Assembly: GCA_964595645.1 (NCBI GenBank)
Contig: CAZQQT010000001.1
Coordinates: 64,001-128,000, forward strand
Length of the DNA stretch: 64,000 nt
Direction: 5' to 3'
Source of the DNA: an uncultured Thermococci archaeon
GTDB lineage: Archaea; Methanobacteriota_B; Thermococci; Methanofastidiosales; B48-G16
A program made the translations under genes and the position numbers. The stretch's first letter is position 1; every line of letters starts with the position of its first letter. The notes under the pieces are model-generated. The model saw nothing but the letters and a program-made list of their open reading frames with translations, had not been told where the DNA came from and made no database searches. This document shows, one piece after another, positions 18,900-28,441 of this stretch.

Positions 18900-20006
18900 A
18901 TGTATCGTCAGATCAGTGGGCTCTTCCTGCTATTCGTACTTCTCGGACTGATGGCTGGATGTCAGGAGAAGGCTCTCGTAAAAGAGGAGCCGGTGAGTAT
19001 GGTCTGTCGGCTTATGGGCGAGAGTAAAACGACAAACGCCGCCGGAACAGTCTGGGAGGGCGACCTCGGGGTCATGTTCACGCACCAACAGCAAATATAC
19101 TTCCTTGCAGGTGATACGATGGGTTCAGGGATATTTGCGCCCAATGCCATTGCGTATACGAACGATCACCGACCAGGAGCCTGTCTTGAGCTTCAGTGGA
19201 AAACAGATTCCAAGGGGAATCCACAGGCATTTTTTCCTCGGATTGATCCTGATTCCACCGTTCCAGCAGGAGCTATAAGCATCAATAACGTCATATACGT
19301 CTTTATGATGGACGTGACACACTGGGGTGATAGTGAATCACCGGAAACACATGCACGCCCCCTTTTGATAAAATCAACGGATAATGGTACAACTTTTTCG
19401 TTGGTCTGGACAGGTGAAGTGAACGGAAAATTTGTGAATATCGCACCGGTGATTTCTTCCCACCCTCACGATCCGACACGTCCCATGCTCTATCTTCTGG
19501 CCTCTGGAACGTACAGGAAATCTCCCATCTATCTCGCGATGACCGATCTCGGTACAGTCGAGGACAAAAGGAGCTACCGGTATTTCGCTGGATATAAAAA
19601 CGGGACCTCGGTATGGGTCGGAGATCAGGCAGCGGCTACTCCTGTGGCGGACGACGTCCGCGTGGGAGAACTTTCAGTAGCATGGAACGAGTATCTCGAT
19701 CAGTGGCTTCTCTCGTATTTTGATTATACACCTACAGGAAAGGGAACTATGTATTTCAGAAAGGCGCCAACACTGTGGGGTTCGTGGTCGGAGCCTGTGG
19801 AGGTATTCAGTGGAACTGCCCAGTACGGATGGTATAAAAAAGAGAAAACAAGTAAAGGCGTTGTAGACTGGGGAGGGCCGTACGGTGGATATCTCTTGCA
19901 GGAACCCACTGATCATAATGGAAAAATCGTCTATTTTACCCTCTCATTGTGGACCCCTTATACTATCTTTTTAATGAAAGCAGATCTTAAGGAGATTTTT
20001 GAATGA
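18900..20006 (+). CDS. DUF4185 (GH183-like) lipoprotein
   Basis: LMAGC lipobox; GDLG...YFLAGDT, VGELSVAWNEYLDQWLLSY, WGSWSEP, PYGGY, YFTLSLWTPY. Confidence 0.75.
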   Translation: MYRQISGLFLLFVLLGLMAGCQEKALVKEEPVSMVCRLMGESKTTNAAGTVWEGDLGVMFTHQQQIYFLAGDTMGSGIFAPNAIAYTNDHRPGACLELQWKTDSKGNPQAFFPRIDPDSTVPAGAISINNVIYVFMMDVTHWGDSESPETHARPLLIKSTDNGTTFSLVWTGEVNGKFVNIAPVISSHPHDPTRPMLYLLASGTYRKSPIYLAMTDLGTVEDKRSYRYFAGYKNGTSVWVGDQAAATPVADDVRVGELSVAWNEYLDQWLLSYFDYTPTGKGTMYFRKAPTLWGSWSEPVEVFSGTAQYGWYKKEKTSKGVVDWGGPYGGYLLQEPTDHNGKIVYFTLSLWTPYTIFLMKADLKEIFE

Positions 20007-20088
20007 ACAACAATCCTATCGAAAAGAGTAGTAATGATAAGCAAAGTATACGCAACATCTATTGAAAGAAAAAAGAAAAAAAAAGTCG

Positions 20089-20481
20089 TTATTCGATCAT
20101 TTTTTGTTTGAGCATATCCCACTTCTCATCGAGTATTGCCGACGTTATCTCGCCATTTTCGATAGTGATATGCGCTTCATGGGGTGTGAGTACCTGTGTC
20201 ACCATCTTACCGCTTCTATCGCCATAACCACCGTGCCGTGAGGTAAAGGTGAAGACGAAAGTGTAGCAGTGCTCGCATTCAGCAATATCCGGGTAGAGTG
20301 TTTCTTCATGTTGAAGATCCATCCCATCGTACGCATAAGTTGGCGAGGTTTCCACAAACTCTCGTGCGATTTCTCTACTTTTCTCTTCTGTCATTGCGTT
20401 TTCTTCACCAATACATCCAATGATCCCTGCCGTAGTCAGGGAAAGTAACAATCCCAGTGTATACCAATTCTTCTTTTCCAT
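20089..20481 (-). CDS. Hypothetical lipoprotein
   Basis: IIGC lipobox; SPTYAYDG, FTSRHGGYGDRSG...QVLTPH, AILDEKWDML. Confidence 0.75.
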   Translation of the reverse strand: MEKKNWYTLGLLLSLTTAGIIGCIGEENAMTEEKSREIAREFVETSPTYAYDGMDLQHEETLYPDIAECEHCYTFVFTFTSRHGGYGDRSGKMVTQVLTPHEAHITIENGEITSAILDEKWDMLKQKMIE

Positions 20482-20613
20482 GTTTTATCACCTCTTTTAA
20501 TTTGTTCTCACACGGGTTTAGAGGATTTGGTATAAAAACGTTTGTATTAGCTTCAATTCCTATTGAAGTTATCATATATGGCGGAAAATCACCTGCAGAA
20601 AAAGAAAAAAACT

Positions 20614-21084
20614 CTATCCTTCTGAAGGATAGAGATGAACTCCGTAGTAAAATACATCCTGTTCTGTGTAGGCGTTTCCTTTCTCTATCCGAGCGGTAAA
20701 ATCAACTTCCCATTTCTCGTCTCTCGGGTTCTTTCCCCATCCTTTTACTATTACTTCGAAATTCAGGTCCTTTACTTCACCGGATTTCAGATTTTCTATT
20801 TCAAATCGTTCTTTCTCCATTTCTATTTCTTCTGGCAGCTTAAAATCCTTTAAAATCACTTTTTCCAATGTTTTATCTGTTTTATTTTTTATATAGAGCG
20901 TGTAATCTACAGTAACGTCTCCTGTTTTTTTATCCTGAGATTTTATTTTAAGCTCTGCATTCACATTTAGCGCATTTTCCGGTTTTGGTGGGGGTGATTC
21001 CTCACATCCGGTGAGGAATGTTGCAATTGCTACTAGGGAAAGCACTATGGCAATTGTTTTTTTGTGCGACATGATTTTGTTCAT
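20614..21084 (-). CDS. Hypothetical lipoprotein (Ig-like/CARDB-like beta domain)
   Basis: FLTGC lipobox; YIKNKTDKTL...IENLKSGE pattern. Confidence 0.7.
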   Translation of the reverse strand: MNKIMSHKKTIAIVLSLVAIATFLTGCEESPPPKPENALNVNAELKIKSQDKKTGDVTVDYTLYIKNKTDKTLEKVILKDFKLPEEIEMEKERFEIENLKSGEVKDLNFEVIVKGWGKNPRDEKWEVDFTARIEKGNAYTEQDVFYYGVHLYPSEG

Positions 21085-21222
21085 GACCTCTTCCTTTTAT
21101 AAAACTTTTGCAGGATTTTATACGGTTACAATAGTATGTGCTATAGTATATGTTGTAATAAAGTGGCCCTATATATCCAAACTAGAAGAAGCTACATCGG
21201 AAATATTTTGGCATTCGCTCTT

Positions 21223-21777
21223 TTAGAGGCCAACGGACTCTGTCAAGTACATGAGTAGAAGAAAGAGCAGTGAGAGAAGGAGCATGACAATCCACGGATT
21301 GAGATGAAGCAGCTCTGGAATAGTTACTGGCCCCATCTCATTTTCGTGAATGAATGTCTCCCGTATTCTTGGGTAGACCGAAGCAAAAACGCCTGCACCA
21401 ATCATGATACCCACCACACCGATCATTGCATGAAGAGAGCCTGTCCCCATGGCACCAGCGGCTGTGCCGGGACAGTACCCAAGTAGCGCAAAGCCAGCAC
21501 CGAAGATGAGACCTCCACTAAGAATCGCCCTCACTCTGCACGGTTTGGGATGGAGCTCAGCATAGTCGAGTGTCACGAGGACATACAGCCCTATCATCCC
21601 TGTGATTACCGCAGTAGCGATTATTTTAAATACTCTAAAATCTTTCAGGAGAAGCTGATTAAGAATGAGGGAATACTCAGTTACACCACCCTTATCGAGA
21701 AGAAATCCAAATACAATGCCGATCCCGAAGCCAATGATGAGTTGCACTCTTTTCTTTTTGTGCAACGCTTCAAGCAT
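21223..21777 (-). CDS. YeeE/YedE-family sulfur-compound transporter half (PmpA-like)
   Basis: GIVFGFLL, GGLIFGAGFALLGYCPGT; start directly follows the upstream stop. Confidence 0.88.
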   Translation of the reverse strand: MLEALHKKKRVQLIIGFGIGIVFGFLLDKGGVTEYSLILNQLLLKDFRVFKIIATAVITGMIGLYVLVTLDYAELHPKPCRVRAILSGGLIFGAGFALLGYCPGTAAGAMGTGSLHAMIGVVGIMIGAGVFASVYPRIRETFIHENEMGPVTIPELLHLNPWIVMLLLSLLFLLLMYLTESVGL

Positions 21778-22293
21778 CTATCCACCTCCAAAAAGGAGGA
21801 ATGCGGTGAAGATTCCCCCGATGAAGAACATGATGAGTGCTAACCAGCTTCCTACGGCGAGCTGCAATGTCCCGCTAATACCGTGTCCACTCGTACAGCC
21901 ACCGGCCATCCGCGCGCCGAATCCAATGAGAATTCCGCCGATAAGCGCGGCGAAAAATCGCAAGATAATACTTCCACCAAATGTGTTGTTCCATAGCGTG
22001 GGGATCAGTTCAATTCTGAAACTTCCGGAAATGAGTGAGGAGAGAAATGCTCCAACCACAACACCGAGGACGAGCATCCACTCCCAGTCGATGGTTGGAA
22101 GAAACTCTTTGTAGTAGAGCCGTTCCTTTACTTTTTCACCACGTAGTGCCGTCTCAGTCATTCCTGCTGTTCGGGCGTATGCAGTGGAACATCCTATCGC
22201 CTTGTCAGACAATAGGAAGCTCAACCACACTAGCACACCGATCCCCATACCGACGACATAGGGTGACCACAGTTCCTCGAAAAGAGGATTCAT
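21778..22293 (-). CDS. YeeE/YedE-family sulfur-compound transporter half (PmpB-like)
   Basis: WSPYVVG, IGCSTAY, GFGARMAGGCTSGHGISG. Confidence 0.9.
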   Translation of the reverse strand: MNPLFEELWSPYVVGMGIGVLVWLSFLLSDKAIGCSTAYARTAGMTETALRGEKVKERLYYKEFLPTIDWEWMLVLGVVVGAFLSSLISGSFRIELIPTLWNNTFGGSIILRFFAALIGGILIGFGARMAGGCTSGHGISGTLQLAVGSWLALIMFFIGGIFTAFLLFGGG

Positions 22294-22333
22294 TGGATAG
22301 CCCGCCTGGACATCTCAGGTTTTGGTCAAAAAG

Positions 22334-22927
22334 TTAATGGAGTATTTCTGCAAATACTTCATGCGGCGTGATGCAGATATGTGGCATTATTTCTTTAAAC
22401 CCTTCTATTATCTCGGGGAGTTCGTGAAATTTTTCATGCGATTCTCTGTCTTTCCAGTAGGTTAACATCACGTACTCAGTAGGTTTAATTTTAATTTCTT
22501 CATACTCACCAGGAATCATTTCTCCACCGAATGATATATTTGTTGTTCTCACTACCTTTGTGCCGATAAATCCCTTCTTATCCATGGTTATTGTGCAGAG
22601 ATCCTCTACTTTTTCTTCAAATTCCTCTTCATGGCCCGGTTTGACTGAGAGATAGTTAACTGCTACGATAATGGGCTTACCAACGTATTCATAGTCGTCC
22701 AGTGTGGATGGTGGTATCTCCGAAGCATTTATGTCGTTTTCCGTGAGATACTTTACCGCCATTTTCGATCGCTTGGCTCGTGGACCACAGTAGACTTTCA
22801 CATCTTTATCCTTCAGAAAATCCAGATAGAACTCAAGATCCCATACTGGAATGTTCAATGCACCTTTTATATGGTTTCTATAGTATTCTTCTCTTGTTTT
22901 TACATCTAGAATCAAATCTTTTCCCAT
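22334..22927 (-). CDS. Rhodanese domain fused to an ABM-fold domain resembling one half of sulfur oxygenase reductase
   Basis: LDVKTREEY..HIKGALNIP, VYCGPRAKRS; C-terminal LCTITMDKKGFIG, TYWKDRESHEKFH, PHEVFAEIL. Confidence 0.75.
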   Translation of the reverse strand: MGKDLILDVKTREEYYRNHIKGALNIPVWDLEFYLDFLKDKDVKVYCGPRAKRSKMAVKYLTENDINASEIPPSTLDDYEYVGKPIIVAVNYLSVKPGHEEEFEEKVEDLCTITMDKKGFIGTKVVRTTNISFGGEMIPGEYEEIKIKPTEYVMLTYWKDRESHEKFHELPEIIEGFKEIMPHICITPHEVFAEILH

Positions 22928-23073
22928 ATTTATCCTCTCCTTTCCGTTGAATTTCTATAGAAGGATTTATTACTAGCTATATAAAATTATCGTTCGAATT
23001 TCGGATCAATAAAAGGAAATATGTTCGAACTAAGTACTACACTCATAAAAAAGGATAGAAAAAAGAAAAAGAT

Positions 23074-23394
23074 TTATGTATGCTCGAGTCCCTCAAGCAT
23101 ACCTTTCATATTCTCAATGTACTCCTTGAATGCCTTTCTCCCCGTGTCAGTGAGAGAGAGCATTGTGTGAGGTTTTTTATCGACGAACTCTTTCGTGATC
23201 TTGACATATCCCGCATCTTCGAGTTTACTGAGGTGTGAGGAGAGGTTCCCTGAAGTCAGTTCCGTCTGTCGTTTGAGAAAGAGGAAGTCCGCGCTTTCCA
23301 CGACGTAGAGATGTGCCATGATGTTCAGTCTGGCAGGTTCATGAATTGTCTTATCGATCTCTCCAATGGACTGAAGATCATCTTCGTGTGTCAT
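23074..23394 (-). CDS. Winged-HTH (HTH_34, ArsR/MarR-like) transcriptional regulator
   Basis: IDKTIHEPARL, LTSGNLSSHLSKLEDAGYV, LTDTGRKAF. Confidence 0.9.
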   Translation of the reverse strand: MTHEDDLQSIGEIDKTIHEPARLNIMAHLYVVESADFLFLKRQTELTSGNLSSHLSKLEDAGYVKITKEFVDKKPHTMLSLTDTGRKAFKEYIENMKGMLEGLEHT

Positions 23395-23974
23395 TGAATA
23401 CCTCCTTCGTTTTCAGACTAGGATATTTTCGAAGGAATCGAATAAACAGTCCCATTCCGATAGCCATCATTATAGTTCCCGGTATAGCATATGCTATGGC
23501 AGGAAGGGGTTGATCGAGGAGTTCTCCTGCCCCAAACGTTGCAGCTATCAATATTCCATATATATAAAGGCGTTTAAACTCCATATAGTATGCCACCATA
23601 CTGAAAATAAATGTTATCAGTATGAACATAAGCACACTCCTCACCAAGACCGAGAAATCGGGAAATAAGACCATCAGCACCGTACTTGTGACGAACACTG
23701 ATATGACGAGCCCTAGTATTAGCTCTGTCCGCTTTTTTTGTCGTTCGGGTCCAAACTTTACCCGCCCTAAGCGCGGAGTAGTAATCAGTTTTTTCCCTGC
23801 AACCATCCCTCCAACTGCCACGAATATGAGGAGCGTGGTATAGGGATTACCGGTGTATGTTCGAATTGCTCCTACCAGCATCATCATGCCAAAAAACATA
23901 TCCCACATACCGTCTTGGAAGTAAGAAGTCCACGCTTTTTTCTCGATTTCTTGTAGGTCAATACTCTGCGTCAT
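23378..23974 (-). CDS. Hypothetical multi-TM membrane protein
   Basis: YFQDGMWD, ITTPRLGRVKF, RFLRKYP; overlaps the regulator start. Confidence 0.75.
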   Translation of the reverse strand: MTQSIDLQEIEKKAWTSYFQDGMWDMFFGMMMLVGAIRTYTGNPYTTLLIFVAVGGMVAGKKLITTPRLGRVKFGPERQKKRTELILGLVISVFVTSTVLMVLFPDFSVLVRSVLMFILITFIFSMVAYYMEFKRLYIYGILIAATFGAGELLDQPLPAIAYAIPGTIMMAIGMGLFIRFLRKYPSLKTKEVFNDTRR

Positions 23975-24247
23975 AAGTATCACTCACCTTCTTTTCTAGT
24001 TCTTTTATATTCATAGTTTCTGTCATTTTTTGTCACCTTTACATAACATATATCTTCGCCCTTTAAAATGTTTGTATCACAAAGTAGTTTACTGAATAAA
24101 AAGAATAATACCTTTTGATGTATATAACTAATTTAGTATTATACAAGCGAAAAGTTTATATACAAGAATTTACTTGTACAACGTAGAGAAGCCCTTAGAG
24201 TTACCACCTGAAAGGGCAGAGATACCCCGATAAAAAATTAAAGGATT

Positions 24248-24715
24248 ATGAATTTCAGAAAAGCACGGGCAGATGAAGCTCAACGGATACACGAGATACT
24301 GTTGGAAGCATTCGCGCCCTATAGGTATCAGTATACCCCAGAAGCGTACTATGCGACAGTTCTTTCTCCACAGAAGATTACAACACGGATACACAGTCCA
24401 GATATGCAAGTGTTCGTCGTTGTGGATGTGAATAAGATTGTCGGAACTCTCTCCGTACGAAAAGAAGGAAAGCAATTGCATTTCCAGAGTATGACAGTAG
24501 ACCCTAGCTATCAGAGAAGAGGGGTTGGCCGATATATTCTCGAAGAAATTGAGCAGTATGCAAAAGGAACAAACTGCAGAACACTTTTATTAGAGACCTA
24601 TGCCCCCCTCAAAAAGGCTATATATCTGTACGAAAAATTTGGGTTCCAACGGACAGGGAAGGAGAGGACGTATCACGACATCGTTATCTTTGAAATGACA
24701 AAGAACATTTTTTAA
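24248..24715 (+). CDS. GNAT acetyltransferase
   Basis: VDPSYQRRGVG, AIYLYEKFGF. Confidence 0.88.
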   Translation: MNFRKARADEAQRIHEILLEAFAPYRYQYTPEAYYATVLSPQKITTRIHSPDMQVFVVVDVNKIVGTLSVRKEGKQLHFQSMTVDPSYQRRGVGRYILEEIEQYAKGTNCRTLLLETYAPLKKAIYLYEKFGFQRTGKERTYHDIVIFEMTKNIF

Positions 24716-24752
24716 TAGAATAATTTTTATAAAAGAAAGAGCATTTCATCAT

Positions 24753-25337
24753 ATGAAAAAAACTGATATTACTATTGAATTGTTAACCCCAAAAAATATT
24801 GAAGACAGGCTCTATCTCTGTTGGGGACATCGTGAAGACTGGAAAACGTTAGAGATTGTACAAGAATCTAGAAAATGGCTGAAAAATGTTAGTGCTCATT
24901 CTGCACTGATCACGTACATCGCCTACAAGGAAAAAACTCCTGTAGGAATGATAGAGGTAGTCTCCGTGACATCATTAAAAAAATTTGGGCTATGTTCATG
25001 CCGGTGGGAGGAGGGCAGCAACTATCCTTCGAAGAATGAAATTGAAAGGCTCACAGCAACATACCCGCGGGACATATTTCTCTCCTGTCTTTGGGTAAAA
25101 GAAGGGTATCAACGTCAGGGCGTTGGAAGTAGTCTCCTCGGTCATTTTCTCACCAGTGAACTCATCAAAAAAGCTGAAGGGGTACTTGTGTACGTCCACA
25201 AGCCGGAAGCCACGTGGGATGCACATTTTCATTGGCCCGTTGGACCTAGGGATCTTTATTTAAAGAGAGGATTCGTTTCTCTCCAAGAAATCAATAGTGG
25301 CTATCTACTTCGAAAACAGATCGTAAAAGATAAATAG
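24753..25337 (+). CDS. GNAT acetyltransferase
   Basis: CLWVKEGYQRQGVG, LYLKRGF. Confidence 0.8.
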   Translation: MKKTDITIELLTPKNIEDRLYLCWGHREDWKTLEIVQESRKWLKNVSAHSALITYIAYKEKTPVGMIEVVSVTSLKKFGLCSCRWEEGSNYPSKNEIERLTATYPRDIFLSCLWVKEGYQRQGVGSSLLGHFLTSELIKKAEGVLVYVHKPEATWDAHFHWPVGPRDLYLKRGFVSLQEINSGYLLRKQIVKDK

Positions 25338-25357
25338 CCAGACATGAGATTATCCTC

Positions 25358-25849
25358 ATGGCTATAGACATTCTCGTCGTATATGATTCTAAAACAGGAA
25401 ATACCGAAAAGATGGCTTTCGCTGTGGCCGATGGTGTGAAGGAGGTAGAAGGTGTCACTGCAATCGTGAAAAGGGCAGAAGAGACGACGCTAGATGACTT
25501 ATTGGCGGCCAATGGGATAATCGTTGGGTCACCAACATACTACGGACAGATGTCGTCAAAAGTAAAAGCATTGTTTGATAAATCGGTGAAAATTCACGAG
25601 AAACTCGCCGGAAAGGTGGGCGGGGCGTTTACCAGTGCGGGTGGCACTGCTACCGGCGCAGAAACAACACTTCTATCTATTGTGGAGGCAATGCTGATCC
25701 ACGGGATGATCGTGCAGGGGAGATCTGACACCATGCATTACGGTGCTGCCGCTGTGAGTACTCCCAATAAGAAGGAACAAACCTTGTGTAGAGAGCTTGG
25801 GAAACGAACTGCAGAGCTTACAATAAAACTCGCAGATGGTAGAAAATGA
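25358..25849 (+). CDS. WrbA-like flavodoxin / NAD(P)H:quinone oxidoreductase
   Basis: YDSKTGNTEKMA, GSPTYYG, GKVGGAFTS. Confidence 0.88.
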   Translation: MAIDILVVYDSKTGNTEKMAFAVADGVKEVEGVTAIVKRAEETTLDDLLAANGIIVGSPTYYGQMSSKVKALFDKSVKIHEKLAGKVGGAFTSAGGTATGAETTLLSIVEAMLIHGMIVQGRSDTMHYGAAAVSTPNKKEQTLCRELGKRTAELTIKLADGRK

Positions 25850-26226
25850 AGAAAACATACATTCTTGGAATTCTTATAGGTGAAGCTCCTACTAAAGAAA
25901 AGGCACAATCTATTGTTCTTAACAGCACTTGTCCCTACTGCGCGTGTTATACGTACTCCGATCGGACGGTTGTAGGTGTGTTTACCATGCCACCGGATCA
26001 CAAATGGTGGCTGGAGTGGGTAAAAAGAGAACCAAAAAAGACGATAGGACTTAGTAGTGCCGATGTGTTCTTCACGGAAGGGATAGAGGCATCGAGTCAG
26101 TGGTCGCGTGGAGAGGTAACACCCACAGACGAAGAGGCTCCGTGCGGCGCCAGATGTAATTCATGTCCAATGTATCGGGACCCATGTGAGGGCTGTCCCG
26201 CCACGAGCTATTATAGGGAGAAGTAG
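25846..26226 (+). CDS. Hypothetical Cys-rich protein
   Basis: ATGA overlap with the flavodoxin; CPYCAC and C-terminal PCGARCNSCPMYRDPCEGCP. Confidence 0.7.
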   Translation: MKKTYILGILIGEAPTKEKAQSIVLNSTCPYCACYTYSDRTVVGVFTMPPDHKWWLEWVKREPKKTIGLSSADVFFTEGIEASSQWSRGEVTPTDEEAPCGARCNSCPMYRDPCEGCPATSYYREK

Positions 26227-26248
26227 ATTTTGTTAATTTTTTAAGTTA

Positions 26249-28408
26249 TTACGCCAACGCACTTTCCTCTGTAGAGTCACGGCAGTAGAGACAGGCAGCA
26301 TTAACTTTTTCTATTCGTTGTTTCATGTCCATGAGAGAGAGTGAAAAGGGGAGATTGAACACATTCAGGTCGGCTTGAGGGGCCTCCTCCAAGAATTCCT
26401 CGAAATCTTCATCGACAACTAGCACTCTGTTGACGGGGATTCGGGCCATTTTCCCCAGTCGCTCCAGCTTCTCTCGGCCCGATGCGATTTCCTCCTCGCT
26501 GTCGACAACGGTAATAATGTTGAGCACACCTCCCCAGTTGATATGTAGTTTGTAGGCAATGAGAATTGCCAGATCACAGTTGGGAAGTTTCATTTCTGGC
26601 CCCCACGTGAGACAGTCATGCGGGATCCATAGGTTAATGGTATGCCGTCGGCCCAGCCCCGCTTCAGGATGGCCACCAAACAATGCAATTCCCGTTGTCA
26701 TTTCTCTTGCCTTGTCCAGCAATATGCTCATTTCATCGTTCATAGGGTCGCTCCGTGGCATCCGTAAGAATGTCACATTTGGGCTAATAGTGAGCGTTTT
26801 AATGTCTGCATTCCTATCGTAGCGTCTCGAGAAAATTTTTCCCCTTTCACTACCGTGTAATCGCTGTAAATACCATCCTCCCGAAGTTCTCGAGCGATGG
26901 ATTCTAAATGTGTCGGCATATTTTCTTCGTTGGTGGTATTGATACCGAGTATCGTGACGGAACCACGAGGAAACGCAATATCGCGGATGAGTTCCAGCAC
27001 ACCGCGTACTTTGGTGGATTTCTCAGTCGGAATTAGTAGATGAGGGCGCCACGCGCGCTCTTGGGAACGTGGAAGATGTTCTGATTTTTTTGCAGCCCAT
27101 TCAGCCAGTGCAACGAATAGACTACTCCGCACGTCTCCATAGGGTGTTTTCCTTTTCAGTGTCCGGTTCATCAGTATATAGTAAAAGACAACGACTACGA
27201 AAATAGCACTTAGGCTAAAGGTAGGGTTGATGATAAACATGGCGAACAAGCAACCTACTGTACCCACAAGAGGTACAATACGCGGTACTTTTAAAAGTGG
27301 GCGAAAACTCACGAGTTCTAGGCTCTGTTCAATGAGAATCACGAGATTCAGCATGGTGTAAGTTATCAGGAAGAACATGGTGATCAGGGGTGCGATAGTG
27401 TTTAACTCCCGCAGTAGCAGTGCTCCGATTGCGATGAGACCAGTGACGAGGACGGCATGTTTCGGTTCCCCTGTTTCGGAACGTCCGGACAGCCAGGAAC
27501 TTCCAGGTAGTACATTGTGTTCACCCATGGCTTGGAGAATTCGTGAGGCGCCCACCAGCGAGTTGAGCGCCGAGGAAAATGTGGCCGCCAATAGCCCGGC
27601 CAGTACCACCTCAGGGAGCCAGGCAATATCGATGAGGATCGTCAGGTTATCGATCAACGTTGACCGAGGAGCGGAGCCTGCCAGCCAGTAGGCGAGCCCT
27701 AGGTACACAATAACGCTGACACCAATCGCTGCTATGGTACCTCGGGGGATGCTCTTTTTTGGATGATGAAGTTCCCCTGACATGTTTGCACCGGCCATGA
27801 TTCCAGTAGCGGCTGGAAAAAACACTGCGAATACTGTCCAAAATGGATGTTTCATCCGTTGTTGGTACTGTGAGTGCAGGCGTTGAGGGCGGTCCTCCTG
27901 CAATCACCGATGCCAGTGATGCTATTACCACTGCCAAAATCACATACTGCAGTCGGAAGGATATTGCTGTACTGAGGAACACTAGCCCAAATAGAAAGCC
28001 GAATGCAACAAAATCAATCAATAAGGAGGAGAGATCAGGAAGTAGTATCCTGAGACCAGCTCTGAATCCAAAAATATACATGGCTGTTGATAGTGACAGT
28101 GAAAGGTAGAGGGGCACACCGATACTTCCTCCTACCTCTAGTCCAAGGGATCGGGAGATAATGGAGTAGGCACCACCGGATCCGATTTTCATATTGGTGA
28201 CAATTGAAGACATAGAGAGGGCGGTCAGACTTGTAATGAAAAAGGCCAGGAGAATAATAGCCCACGCGCCAACGACTCCCACCTTGCCCACTACCCACCC
28301 TAGACGCAGAAACATGATAACGCCTAAGATTGTGAGAACTGTGGGTACAAAGACACCTTGGAAGGTCCCGAACTTGGTTATTTCCTTCGTTTCTTGTTCC
28401 TCAGGCAT
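26249..28408 (-). pseudogene. Cation-chloride cotransporter (SLC12/APC)-like permease with two frameshifts
   Basis: Collinear fragments KFGTFQGVFVPTVLTILGVIMFLRLGW, FWTVFAVFFPAATGIMAGANMSGEL, and a C-terminus ending DSTEESALA; frame breaks near 27845 and 26785. Confidence 0.82.
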
Positions 28409-28441
28409 CTCCTTATCCCTCTATTTCTTCTTGGTTTCCAT

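Noticed and set aside
21085-21222. Possible gene remnant between the YeeE gene and the lipoprotein
   Set aside because: No start signal or recognisable homology
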